Of a stretch of DNA of 64,000 nt, positions 1-11,965 are shown piece after piece. The stretch spans positions 142,181,772 to 142,245,771 of the forward strand of contig NC_052153.1 of assembly GCF_902713615.1 (NCBI RefSeq), read 5' to 3'. The stretch is from Scyliorhinus canicula (lineage: Eukaryota). Every line of letters begins with the position of its first letter. The stretch's first letter is position 1. Made by a program: the position numbers and the translations under genes. Under the pieces are notes generated by a model. That model was not told the origin of the DNA. It ran no database searches and saw only the letters and a list, made by a program, of their open reading frames with translations.

Positions 1-67
1 GGGTAGGACTCAAACCCCGGGCTTCTGGATCAGAGGCAGGGTCGCTACCTACAGCGCCACAAGACCT
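1..67 (-). mobile_element. tRNA-derived SINE head fragment (same family as 27166-27492)
   Basis: Reverse complement AGGTCTTGTGGCGCTGTAGGTAGCG...GGTTTGAGTCCTACCC resembles the head of the copy at 27166 and contains a B-box-like motif. Confidence 0.55.
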
Positions 68-851
68 TCTCATCTGATCCGGGTGTCAGTTAAATTCTTT
101 ACTTTACGCTTCTAGTCACGTGTTCGAATCTTAAATATGTCTTCAGCCCAGCCATTTAATTTGTTTTAATCCAAGCAAATGCAATCACCTTCCTTCACAG
201 TGGTCATTTGCAGATCACAAATTTGCTAATATTCCTTCACCATATTACTTATGAAGTAAATACATAAACAGAAATCAAGAACAAATGCCCACACTGAGAG
301 AGGCTCATTCAGGTTCATATTTTGCTTTCTCAGTCAGACCTCTTTCCAGCCCAGTTCATCATCACTAATTCCAGACGATTAATTTTTTTTAAACTCTGGG
401 GTACCAAGCTTTATTAAATGCTTGTGAAACCTCCACATAAATGATCAATGCAGCAAAAAATGAATTGTTGTCCAAGGTGTCTCTTTTTTTCACTTCCGTT
501 TTCAATATAGCACCGCAAGAAATATCATGCTCAAAATGAAGGCTGCACATTCACTAAGTTGTTTGTTGTTTGCTTGGGGCTGAGAACTGTGGATGAGAAG
601 GGATCAGCATACATTGCCAGACTAATTTAATAATTAAAAGGGGTTGCAGGAAAAAGCCTGCTAGAATTTGAACAGAATAAAGCAATTAAATTAAAGGAAT
701 TTTGAAAAAGGTGTGAATAGAATGCATAAAACATCTATTGGGGAATGAAATTATGGCAACTTGCCAAATCAAATCATGTATATCATAACAAAATACTGTG
801 AATGCTGGAAATCTGAAATAAAAATAGGAAATACTGGAAACATTCAGCACC

Positions 852-1686
852 GACAGAATCTTGCCACATCCAGGCATGAAAGGTGGTGGACAATTAAACA
901 ACCAGAAGCTTGGGTTGGGTTGGGGGAGTAGGGGGGGAGAGAGGGCAGGGGGCGGCACAGGCAGAGGTGGGCCAACATGCCGGAAATGCCGGGACTCTGA
1001 GATTGAGGTGCCCTTGGTTAAATTAAAGGCCCCCTCCATTCTCCCATGGACATTGGGACCCCCCCCCCCCTACCACCTAGACCTTCCCCCCCCCTCCGGC
1101 GGGCAAGTGAAGTACCCCTAATCCTCGCATGGAGAAAGGCAACCACCTTAATAATCAAGGATCTGGGCAAACCACCCCCTCCCCGCCATACTGCGCAAAC
1201 ATCAGTGTGACCCAACGCCACGTGCTGCATCCACTCACTGCCTCATCAGTAGCAGGCCACCTCAGTGCATGCATGATCCGCCCTCCCTCCCACATCAACC
1301 TTCGGGATCCTCCCTCAATGGAGATTCCCTGAGAGTCTTCCCTTGCCAATGCCAGGGTGCCATGGGGTTGAACCAGTACTGCCTGGCTCCATCCCTCACC
1401 ACCCGAGGGCTATACTCCACCTCCACCCCCAGCATGGGCATCATTACTTTTTTTTGTTGTCGCTAGCCTGTAGTGATTCACGCCAATGTGAGGATTGAAT
1501 GTGGCAGGATGCTAAAGCGTAAAGCCATTTAATTATATGAAAAATGTATTTAAAATCATGTAAATCAGGTTCACGCCCTTTCTGGGTTTGAACGTGATCA
1601 TGTCACCAATGTGGGCCAGTGAAGATCACATTTTGAAATCTCGCCAGCGCAAATCCCGTTATGGCCGTCTTGCAAGATTTGCAACC
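852..1686. mobile_element. Degenerate Harbinger-type non-autonomous DNA element
   Basis: Ends resemble the decayed GGGCRGRATT TIRs of other elements here (cagaatcttgc ... gcaagatttgcaacc), around a GC-rich interior. Confidence 0.35.
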
Positions 1687-1749
1687 ATAACGGGGTTTGT
1701 GCATGCGGCAAAAGAGCTCACTAAATTCCACCGATGATGTCAATAAACA

Positions 1750-2290
1750 TCTGTCGGAAATGAATACAGCAATGGCTATGAACCCTGACAACACCGCTGC
1801 TATGGTACAGAACACCTCTGTTCCAGAAATAGCTGTGCTGCTAGCCAAGCTAACTCTATACAGTCCCTATCCAAATCCCATATACTGTTGCAATCACTTC
1901 CCCATTTGTGTCCATTGTCCCTGGGATCGTTCCATTGCTATGTTAACTATCCTGGAGATTGCCTCATTAGTATGCGGAATGTTCGTTTCAGTGCTGTCTG
2001 CTCTCTTAGCAGACAGAATACACATTGGCTTGGTGCAGCCTGCTTGTGCTGCAAACATTGTCCATTTTAACCTGCAAGCTTTGCGTTCCTCCATTTTGTA
2101 TTGAGGGAATGGCCAACTTCGGTGGCTACAGTGCCAAGCAATGATCATCTCCAAAAGGAGAGAATCTAACCATCACCTGTTGTGGCCTTATCACTGCTGA
2201 ATCCCCTACTATCAACATCTTGGGTGTTACCATTGATCAGAAATAAACTGGATTATCCATATAAATGCAATATCTACAGGAGCAGGTCAC
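1750..2290 (+). mobile_element. Old CR1/L2-group LINE RT fragments
   Basis: Peptide AMAMNPDNTAAMVQNTSVPEIAVLLAKL resembles the LINE K-AxGPDxIPxxVLKxCAPELAxPLxKL motif. 2110-2290 matches the LINE family also present at 44.1-46.9 kb. Confidence 0.5.
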
Positions 2291-3157
2291 AGAATCTCAG
2301 AATGGTTACGGTGCAGAAGGAGGCCATTTCGCTCATCATATCTGCACCATGTCAAAGGCTATGGGTGGGATTCTCCAATCCGTCAGCTGCGTTTTCCTGC
2401 GCAGCGCGCCACCGCTGGCATCAGGATTCTCCATTCCCACAGCCGGACAATAATGCTCACACCCCAGGAACAAATAAAAACATGCAAAATAATTGCTCTA
2501 TTTCTTTTCATTTGTAAAATGTCCTGGTACTTTGTTAATATTAGGTACCATGTGAGTACAAGTTGTTATTATTTTTCCACCAATGACCGGCAGAAATAAA
2601 TTAGCCTCTTTAAATCGCATTTGTGGCCATTGTGGCCACAATGTGTGCTGTTTTCTGCTTCCCTCAATGACAGCAGGTTCATGCACACAGTTTTAAGCCA
2701 ATCTGGGAGCATACTGTGAATAGCTTATGAGACCAACCTCAGGAAATGCCATGAAACTGGACATGTCTGAGAGGGTAATTGCTGATCCAGTACTGTAAAA
2801 CAGTCACATTTCCACTATTATATAGCTGTCATTGGCGTTCAGGCTCTGTAATTTGTTGCAAATCCATTCACGCTAACTAACTGAACAAAATCAGCCATCA
2901 GTCTTTTCTTCACCCTTTCTTTTATGTGTTTACCCTTTTCTTTCTGTTTGTTTTTGAGCTATCTCTGTCCGCCTATTCACCTTTTCCTTCTGGAATTGTT
3001 TATTTTCATGAGTAATGACAGGTCTTAGTAAAGCAAAATTATACCTGTATTTATAAAAGAATGATTTGAGATGTGACTGCACACTTTGTGCGCAATTGTC
3101 AGGCAACATGAGTTAAGGGCATGTCCAAGGTTTTTACTTTAGAAATGAAAACCAACC

Positions 3158-3640
3158 CAGAGGAGGTTCAACAGGATGCTGCCTGGTATGGAGGGTGCTA
3201 GCTGTGAAGAAAGGTTGAGTAGATTAGGATTGTTTTCGTTGGAAAGACGGAGGTTGAGGGGGGACCTGATTGAGGTCTACAAAATTATGAGAGGTATGGG
3301 CAGGGTGGATAGCAACAAGCTTTTTCCAAGAGTGGGGGTGTCAATTACACGGGGTCACAATTTCAAGGTGAGAGGGGGAAAGTTTAAGGGAGATGTGCGT
3401 GGGAAATTTTTTACGCAGAGGGTGGTGGGTGCCTGGAATGCTTTGCCAGCAGAGGTGGTAGAGGCGGGCACGATAGCATCATTTAAGATGCATCTAGACA
3501 GATATATGAACAGGCGGGGAACAGAGGGAAGTAGATCCTTGGAAAATAGGCGACAGGTTTAGATAAAGGATCCAGATCGGCGCAGGATGGGAGGGCCGAA
3601 GGGCCTGTTCCTGTGCTGTAATTTTCTTTGTTCTTTGTTC
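3158..3640 (+). mobile_element. CR1 LINE 3' end (HER1-like)
   Basis: ORF 3176-3562 (RLGLFSLERRRLRGDLIEVYKIMRG...FFTQRVVGAWNALP) is the CR1 ORF2 C-terminus, followed by a 3' UTR and (TTCTTTG)n tail. Confidence 0.92.
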
Positions 3641-4049
3641 AAAGGAAAAATACAATTTGGACCAGTATCCTTATTTCCGCAGTTTACTGGTGTACCATTT
3701 TCAAGTATACAAGACCAGTCCTGACCAGTATTCTTATTTTCCCATTTTACTGTTTTTTCCTTCTGGGAAGTAGGAAGCAAACCTATTTTGTTAAAATGCT
3801 GGGACTTGTTATGACATAAAACACTAGATTTGACGCCATCAAATTAAGTTTATCAGATAAAATCATACACCTGTCAACCACACCAAAACGTCAGCCGAAA
3901 ACCAGCTAAAACCCTGAAGCAATGGTTTCATTTCTCCAGGGTTTGTGCCGATCTTCAAAGTTCCGCCTTCCCGTAATGGCAGGGGGCAAAGTACCTTTCC
4001 ATCATTGTCATGAAGGTAGATATGCTAGTGGCACGAAGTAACACAAGCA

Positions 4050-4252
4050 ATGAAATGAAATGAAAATCGCTTATTGTCACAAGTAGGCTTCAGTGAAGTT
4101 ACTGTGAAAGCCCCTCGTCGCCACATTCCGGCACCTGTTCGGGGAGGCTGGTACAGGAATTGAACCGTGCTGCTGGCCTGCTTGGTCTGCTTTAAAAGCC
4201 AGCGATTTAGCCCAGTGTGCTAAACCAGCCCTTCGTGTGCTAAACCAGCCCC
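4050..4252 (-). mobile_element. ~180-bp tRNA-headed SINE, with its first 17 bp duplicated
   Basis: Near-identical to 26872-27057 and 60257-60435. (TTTCA)n tail. GTGTGCTAAACCAGCCC occurs twice. Confidence 0.85.
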
Positions 4253-4523
4253 ATAAGTAGCACTTTAAGTGGCAAATAATTTATTTCAGCTATCCCTTGG
4301 AGGACCCATTGTAATTCTTTGAAGCTGCCAGCGCTTCACTCACCACATGCTGAACTTGTGTAGTGATATGTGGTGTTAACCAGCAGGAAGGCCTCAAGCT
4401 TATTTGAATATGGAGCTGCGTGGAGCAAAGTTTCCTTTCATAAGCCCACACGGAAGGAATATGGATTGCTTCCTCACCTCATGCTACCCGCCAGCTAATG
4501 AATGCTCCTGCCCAATGTCTGAT

Positions 4524-4774
4524 GGGCGGCACGGTAGCACGTGGTTCGCACTGTTGCTTCACAGCGCCAGGGTCCCAGGTTTGATTCCCAGCTTGGGTCA
4601 ATGTTTGTGTGGAATCTGCATGTTTTCCTTGTGTCTGCATGGGTTTTCTCCGGGTGCTCCAGTTTCCTCCCACAAGTCCCGAAAGACAGGCTTGTTAGGT
4701 GAATTGGACATTCTAAATTCTCTCTCTGTGTACCCGAACAGGCTACTTGTGACAATAAAGATTATTATTATTAT
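4524..4774 (+). mobile_element. V-SINE (HE1-type head) with alternative tail
   Basis: GGGCGGCACGGTAGCAC head, central V-domain and CTTGTGACAATAAAGATTATTA tail. Confidence 0.85.
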
Positions 4775-4823
4775 CACCCACCCTTGCTCACTTAGCTTAG
4801 AGCTGCTGTGAAATTCATTAATT

Positions 4824-5462
4824 GCTGGGATTTAACGTTCCCGTTCAAGTCGGGCAGATTCGGTGACAAGAGCTCAAAATATCGCAAGGCCAAAAGCACA
4901 TTTCACTTCAATGTAAAGCAGGAAGCGATCAACCCTATCAGTGGCAGGCCACATTTCCCATCATTCAAAGCCGGGTACCTCGTTGTAATAAATTAGCATC
5001 TCATTATCAGGTCTATACGCCAGAATCATACTCAGACGTTAAATGACACGTCCAAGTGGCGTGATGTGAAAATGCCGCAAAGCATGACTGGTCTCAGAAG
5101 GCGTGGACTTGGTGAGCAATACGCCAAGGGGTGCTCAGAGGTGTATGAATTGCTCGGTGGGAGAGGGTCATGCTGGGGAATGCCAGGGAGTGTTGGGGGT
5201 TCACCAGGGTGAAGATTGTTTCCTGGTATGTTCAGTTTGTGCTGAGACAACTTTACAAAATCCCAGATCATTGATTCGCTGATTTTTGGGGTGGGCGAAT
5301 CAGAGGCTCCCCACCAGCGATACAACGTGGAACCCCTTCCTGCCTTTTTATCTTCAAAGCCCCGCACTATATGGTGGAAAAAGCCGCCATAGCTGTCAAC
5401 GAATTAAAGCCACTTTTCCCGCCTGACATCAGTCTTTGCCGATATCAGACAAAATCTCACCC
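4824..5462. mobile_element. Degenerate Harbinger-type non-autonomous element
   Basis: Decayed TIR-like ends (gctgggattt ... aaaatctcaccc). Confidence 0.35.
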
Positions 5463-6159
5463 AATGTTTTCTTAGCATCCCTGGGAAGCTTGCCAGCACT
5501 ATTGAGTTGTGACCCAAGACCCACTATCAGGAATATCTCAACCCCAGTTATTCACCAGACACAGGGATAGCACCTTATGCCGTCAGATACGCAAAGCCCA
5601 TGGGTGCAGCTAAATCTTTAGGCCAAAGTTCTTGATGAATTGCAGGGACTTATTTTTTTCCTTTTGAACAAGCAGCCTGATGCATGCCTTGAAAAAATTG
5701 TTCCACATTTCATGCCACAACACTCTCATCCTCTTGTGAAAAGCAAATGTCTGAGAATTCTTTAATAATACATTTTAAAAAGGGCCATAAATAAATCGTT
5801 GTACTCTTGGCCAATTGGGAGCTAAGGTTTGATATGTGAGAGGGTACTTTATTTTTTAATAGAGGTTTTGCAAACCAGCTCACATATCCTACTAATTAAC
5901 AGCCATGGGACTGCGCCAACAGTCTCATTCTCTCAGCAATGATGTATTCTAACTGTATCACTAAATTAAATTGATATAAAAAAGACCACGGGTCAAGTTT
6001 CCATTTTGGAATGAATCTGGTCCAATTTGCACCTAAAATTGCACCCGTTTTGAAATGTGCACCCTCCTCCCATCCCCACCCCCGATTTTCTATTTAAGCT
6101 CATTTGGCCATCGCTGAATGCAAAGTCTGCCATCAGCCAATGTAATTGGGCACTGTTTT

Positions 6160-6563
6160 GGGCAGAATTCTCCACTCTCCACGTGGCGTGGGAGAATCGT
6201 GGGAGGGCCTCCCGACATTTTTTACGCCCCCCTGGCGACCCCAGCGATTCCCCCCCCCCCCCCCCCCGTTTTTTACGGCGAGCGGCGTTTCCCCGAGCCC
6301 GATGGGCCGAGCGGCTGGCCCTTCATGCCCGTTTCAACACGGCAGCAACCACACCTGGTCGCTGCATTCGTGAAATGGGCGCCAGATGCCCGTTTGGGGC
6401 ATCTAGGGGCCCGATTGGCACGGGAGCACCACGACTGTGCTCGGGAGGGACCAGCGTCCAAAACAGACGCACTCTTACCCCTCCGCCGCCCGGCAAGATC
6501 AAGAACCTCGGCTGATTTCACGACGGTCATCCAGATTTTTATCGGGAGCGGAGAATACCGCCC
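6160..6563. mobile_element. GC-rich Harbinger-type MITE
   Basis: TIRs GGGCAGAATTCTCC and GGAGAATACCGCCC. CpG-rich interior shared with other copies in the window. Confidence 0.8.
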
Positions 6564-6602
6564 AATTTCTTTTCTGAGATCAATTACATTTCAAAAAAAT
6601 TA

Positions 6603-6821
6603 TTTTTTTGAAATAAACTTAGAGTACCCAATTAATGTTTTCCCAATTAAGGAGCAATTTAGCGTGCCTAATGCACATCCATTTGGGTTGTGGGAGTAGA
6701 CCCACGCAGACACAAGGAGAATCTGCAAACTCCACAGGAACAGTGACCCGGGTTCTGGGTTGAATCCGGGTCCTTGGCGCTGTGAGGCAGTAGTGCAAAC
6801 AATTGCGCCACCATGCCGCTC
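6603..6821 (-). mobile_element. V-SINE, short-tail variant
   Basis: HE1-like head and V-domain, ending AATTGGGTACTCTAAG. Confidence 0.8.
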
Positions 6822-7144
6822 CTTCAAAAATAATCCTTGACATGTCTAAGAGTGGTAACTTAAGCTTTGATTAATATAGTCGCAAATGGTTTTGTCACAA
6901 AGAATATGCAGAACTACCTTCTCATCAGAGTGGAGAAAAGTAACCAGTTCTATTCTAATTTTTAAAAGACTTTTCAAAGCCTTTTAAATTGTATCAATAA
7001 GTGTCCTGGCACACAAAAGCTTCAGTTGAATTCTTGGGGCCTTTTTGAAGACCTGCCAAATAGCTGAAACTCCCAATTGTGATTCATTAACCTGGGAATG
7101 TATCTGGTTTTGTCGACAGGGCCTGCTGCTGTCAGAATATTTTT

Positions 7145-7484
7145 GGTGGTACGGTAACACAGTGGTTAGCACTGTTGCTTCACAGCGCCAGGGACACGGG
7201 TTCGATTCCCGGCTTGGGTCACTGTCTGTGTGGAGTCTGCACGTTCTCTCCGTGTCTGCGTGGGTTTCCTCCAGCTGCTCCGGTTTCCTCTCACGGTCCA
7301 AAGATGTGCAGGTTAGGTGGATTGGCCATGCTAATTTGCCCCCCAGTGTCCAAATGTTAGGTGGGGTTGCTGGGTTATGGGGATAGGGTGGAGGTGTGGG
7401 CTTAGGTAGGGTGCTCTTTCAAGGGGCAGTGTAGACTCGATGGGCTGAATGGCCTTCTTCTGTACTGTGAATTCTATGATTCTA
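7145..7484 (+). mobile_element. HE1 V-SINE, full length
   Basis: A/B-box tRNA head, V-domain and CR1-like tail GGCTGAATGGCCTTCTTCTGTACTGTGAATTCTATGA. Confidence 0.92.
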
Positions 7485-7673
7485 AGACTAGTGCAAAAAA
7501 TCATGGAAAGTCGAGCTGGATGCTAAAACTTTGCGATCTCCCGTGCTTCAAATTTTGATATTTTTACGTCAATCACACCGACATTAGGGAAAATGTGCAA
7601 AAACAGAGCAATCAGGCGTAAACTCAAGGTCAACGATGATAATAATTTATCACTGCGTGATGAAGATGACCAG

Positions 7674-9082
7674 GGGCGAAATTCTCCCATCGGGAGACTA
7701 AGGGCGCAATTCTCCGCACTCACGACGGTGCGGAGAATAGCGGGGTTCGTAAATTTTTACGGCCACGCTAGTCTGACGCCCTCCCACTATCCCCCCCCCC
7801 CCCCCCCCACGCCCGACTCCCGACACGAATCGCTGCCGCCGTTTTTTTACGGCCAGCAGCGATTCTCAGCTGGCCGATGGGCCGAAGTCCAAGCTCTTTA
7901 CGGCTGTTTTTCCGAACGGCAAACACACATGGTCTGGCCATTCGTAAAAACGGCCGTAAAGTCCCGATTTTGAAAACCATGGCACCGATTGGCACGGCAG
8001 TACCACGGCCGTGCCAAGGGTGCCATGGGCCCGCGATCGGTGGGCACCGATCGCGGGCAGCGGGTCCGATTCCCGCGCACTCTTTGTCCTTCCACCGCCC
8101 TGCTGTATCACTTCGCGGGGCGGCTGAGGGGCATCCCGGCCCGCGCATGCGCGGGTTTCGCACAAATGCGCGATGACGTCATCCGCACAAATGCGCGGCT
8201 GACGTCATGTGACGCGTCAGCCGGCGCAAACTCTGGCAACCGGGCTTAACGAATTTCGTTAAGCCCGCGATGCCGGAATTCACGGCCGCGGCATACTAGC
8301 CCCGACCGGGGACCAGAATCGGTTCCCGGTCGGGGAGGGGGTGGCTGGCGTCAAACCCGCCCGGTTTTGACGCCAGCCTTACGATTTCTCCCTGTCTGGG
8401 AGAATCGCGCCCAAAGTGCCGACGCCGGACTGAAAATCGGAGTGTTTCACTCCGGCGTCCGAGGCCGCTCCTCGCCCCCAATTCTCCCACCCTCAGGGGG
8501 CTAGGAGCGGCGCCGCGTCAATTACGCACGCCGGGTCTTGGCGCCGCGTCAAAGTGGCGCCGCATAAATCACGCAACCGGCGGCGCGTAAATGACGTCAC
8601 CCGCGCATGTGCAGGTTGGCCGGCGCCAACCCGCACATGCGCGGTTGCCGTCCTCCCCGCAGGTGCTCCGCAAAACATGGAGCATTGATCTTGCGGGGAG
8701 GCGGAGGAAAGGAGTGCGTCCTTTAGAGACGCCGGCCCGCCGATCGGTGGGCACCGATCGCGGGCCAGACCCCTACTGAGCCCCTCCCACAGGCCGCACA
8801 TGCAGCCTTCCCGCGCTGTTCACGCCGGCAGCGACCGGGTTTGGTTGGCGCCGGCGTGAACCTATCGGATTGGGCAGGCCGCTTGGCCCATCCAGGTCAG
8901 AGAATCGCCGCTCGACCATTAGAAACGGCGAGCGGCGATTCTCCGAGCGGCCTGTCGTGAAACGCGGCACGCCGTTTTGGGGGGATGGGAGAATCGAATG
9001 CAGGTGCCAGGATGGCGTGGCGGGAATTGCCCGGCACTCCCGCGTTTCTCCCATCCGGCGTGGGGGTCGGAGAATTGCACCC
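7674..9082. mobile_element. Harbinger-type MITE (outer element, interrupted at 7701/8413)
   Basis: TIRs GGGCGAAATTCTCC and GGAGAATTGCACCC with a CAG TSD. It is an inverted copy of the family at 17641-18361. Confidence 0.88.
7702..8412. mobile_element. Harbinger-type MITE nested in another MITE
   Basis: TIRs GGGCGCAATTCTCC and GGAGAATCGCGCCC, flanked by TAA/AAA. It is an inverted relative of 27496-28209. Confidence 0.88.
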
Positions 9083-9654
9083 CAGTTGTTTCACCAGTCA
9101 ATAGGAAATTTATGATCTTAGTTCCCATGGATATTTTCCATTTTCTTTTTCTCCAGTCTGGCTATAACTTCTAAGTGGCATGTTCCATTTATTCTTCAAG
9201 ATGATGAAATAACGTGACTCCTCAAGCATGTAAGAACATATAAATAAGCATCTATCCCCAGTAACAACAAAATGGTATTGTTTTCTTACTCCTGAATTTT
9301 TAAGCAGATTCAGTTGTTGGTTAATCCAAGAGCTATTTGCCACAAAAGCTCATTTCAAAAATTGCCATCATAGCTATACATTTCTGTTGCAGAATATGCT
9401 ATATCTTCTGCAATATAATTATGCAACCAGGCAGATCAGTGATGTTTTCTGAACAGTAGAGTTATTTTGAAGGTAGAAATTAGTAAATCCAGAGATTAAA
9501 TGATATGCCAAGCAACTAAGAGCTGTATAAAAAGACCTGAGATGCAAAGACTCCAATATAGATGGGAACTGCTAAATGATGTGGAAAGCGGTTCTCCAAA
9601 GTAATGCAAAATCTTTCCTAGTTAATAAAAGTTAAAGTTATTTTTACATTTTCA

Positions 9655-10270
9655 CAGGATGTGGAGATCCTGGACGGACCAGCATTTGTTGTCCATCCTA
9701 ATCACCCTTGAGAAGGTGGTGACGAGCTTCTTTCAGTCCTTGTGGTGCGGGTACACCCACATGCCGATCGAGGTGGTGTCCCAGGAGTTTGATCCAGTGA
9801 CAGGGAAGGGACTGAGATATATTTCTTCGTCAGGATGGTGTGTGACTTGGAGGGGAAATTACATGTTTACATGTGCCCTCAGTCCTGGTCCTCCCAGTTG
9901 GTTCAGAAGGCGCTGTTGAAGAAACATTAGCAATTTGCTTCAGTGCATCTTTGAGACGACACACACTGCAGCCACAGGTGGGTGTCAATAAGGGGAGCTG
10001 TTTTGTCCTGGATGGTGCCAAACTTCTTGAATATTGTTGGAGCTGCAATAACCAAGTGAGTATATTCCATCATGCTCTTGATCTGTGTTTTGAGGTTAGT
10101 ATAAAGACATTGGAGAATGAAGAGGTGAATTTCCACAAAATAGTCATCCTCTGACTTTGTCTTGTGCTGCATAATTTATGTGACTGGTCCAGTTAACTTT
10201 ATCATTAAGGGTGACTACTGTGAAGTTTATAGTGGGGAATTTGGCAATGGTCAACCTTTTGAATGTTGGG
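9655..10270 (-). mobile_element. Old CR1/L2-group LINE 3' fragment
   Basis: Colinear with 44150-45060. Reverse-strand peptide remnants such as IKSMMEYTHL...TIFKKFGTIQDKTAPLI. Confidence 0.65.
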
Positions 10271-10316
10271 TCCCTGCCCCTCCTCCCATCGCTGTTAAAC
10301 CTGGAAGTGGATGGGT

Positions 10317-10653
10317 TCATAGAATTTACAGTGCTTAAGGAGACCATGCGGCCCAACGAGTTTCCACCAGCCCTTAAAAGAGCACCCTACCCAAGCCCAG
10401 ATCTCCACCCTATCCCCATAACCCAGCAACCCCACCCAACCTTTACTTGGACACAAAGGACAATTTCGCATGGCCAATCCACCTAACCAGCTCACTTTGG
10501 ACTGTGGGAGCAAACCGGAGCACCCGGAAGAAATCCACACAGACACGGGAGAATGTGCAGACTCCGCGCAGACAGTGACCCAAGCTGGGAATCGAACCTG
10601 TGATCCTGGCGCTGTGAAGCAACTATGTTAACCACTGTGCTACTGTGCTGCCC
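10317..10653 (-). mobile_element. HE1 V-SINE
   Basis: Reverse complement of the HE1 head, V-domain and tail seen in other copies. Confidence 0.9.
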
Positions 10654-10687
10654 ATAGAGAAGTAGCAATGAAAATACCAACCAGCCC

Positions 10688-10758
10688 TGCATTGGTCGGG
10701 AATCGAACCCGGGCCTCCTGCGTGGCAGGTGAGAATTCTACCATTGAACCATCAATGC
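10688..10758 (-). pseudogene. tRNA-Gly(GCC) pseudogene
   Basis: 71 nt GCATTGATGGTTCAATGGTAGAATTCTCACCTGCCACGCAGGAGGCCCGGGTTCGATTCCCGACCAATGCA. It differs from the conserved vertebrate tRNA-Gly-GCC (recalled) at 5 positions, which mispair the acceptor, anticodon (twice) and T stems. No encoded CCA; a TTTT run lies 13 nt downstream. Confidence 0.88.
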
Positions 10759-11059
10759 TGTCCCTGTTGCAGGAGGGTTGGGGTGAATTTGAGATTTTAA
10801 CATCATATCCAACTCCAATCCACACATTTCTGTGGGCTAAGAATCACCCCAGTATCTCCCTGTGCAGCTTAATGTCAAATATTGCATGATACCTGCACAA
10901 CAAAACATCGTGTGGCGACTAGGGGATTTTCACAGTAACTTCATGGCAGTGTTAATGTAAGCCTACTTGTGACACTAATAAAGATTATTATTAAGTATTG
11001 TTGGGCTTCTTCTTGGTGTGGTTCATCTATTTTATGGACTTGTTTGGGGTCCTCTGCAT

Positions 11060-11590
11060 GTCTCGAGGTTTTGGACTTGCACACCTTTCCACAATGTCGC
11101 AGGCAGTTGCAATAAAAGCACTGGACTGTGATTGCTGGACACTTTTCGCACCTGAGGGGTTTTGTGGTGCCACAATGATGACATGGTCTGCCACCATCTT
11201 GTGATTAGCTTACGTATTGTTTTCCTTGTCCTGGAGTCTCATTGCCCTTTGGGCTGTTGGGGTTTCTAAGTACAATAGTTTAACGGTACCATGCAAAAAT
11301 GGATCGATTTTGCTGGTGGAGCTCCGATTGTCTGACAATTTGGACAGCTTTTTCCACAGTCAACTTCTTTAGATTGGAGTACATCCAAAAGTATATCATT
11401 GGCCACACGCACTATTATTCGGTCCCTTTTCAGTTCCGATTTAAGGTCAACATAGTCATCGTCTTCAGCCAATCTGCAGAACTGATTTATGATAGAGTCT
11501 ATGAGTTCCCTATGTTTTTGGACTCTCTTGTTACATTTTGTTCCTCCAAAATGTTGTTGCTTTTTAGGTCAAAGTAGGTTTCAAAGGATT
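11060..11590 (-). mobile_element. Decayed Gypsy gag fragment
   Basis: LKRDRIIVRVANDILLDVLQSK gag-like motif, and Cys/His knuckle remnants (CHHCG...KCPAITVQCFYCNCLRHCGKVC) near 11080-11190. Confidence 0.65.
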
Positions 11591-11597
11591 TCATGAT

Positions 11598-11965
11598 GGG
11601 TGGCACGGTAGCACAATGGTTATCACAGTTGCTTCACAGCTCCAGGATCCCGGGTACGATTCCCGTTGCCAGGTTGTTTCACAGCTCCAGGGTCCCAGGT
11701 TCAATTCTCGGCTTGGGTCACTTGTCTGTGCAGAGTCTGCATGTTCTCCCCGTGTCTGCGTGGGTTTTCTCCGGATCCTCCGGTTTCCTCCCACTGTCCA
11801 AGATGTGCAGGTTAGGTGGATTGGCCATGATAAATTGCCCTTAGTTTTCAAAACGGTTGGTGAGGTTACTGGGTTACGGGGATAGGGTGGAGGCGTGGGC
11901 TTAAGTAGGGTGCTCTTTCCAAGAGCTGGTGCAGACTTGATGGGCCAAATGGCCTCCTTCTGCAC
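11598..11965 (+). mobile_element. HE1 V-SINE with a duplicated head segment
   Basis: TTCACAGCTCCAGG...GGT.C.ATTC occurs twice, followed by the V-domain and CR1-like tail. Confidence 0.9.
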
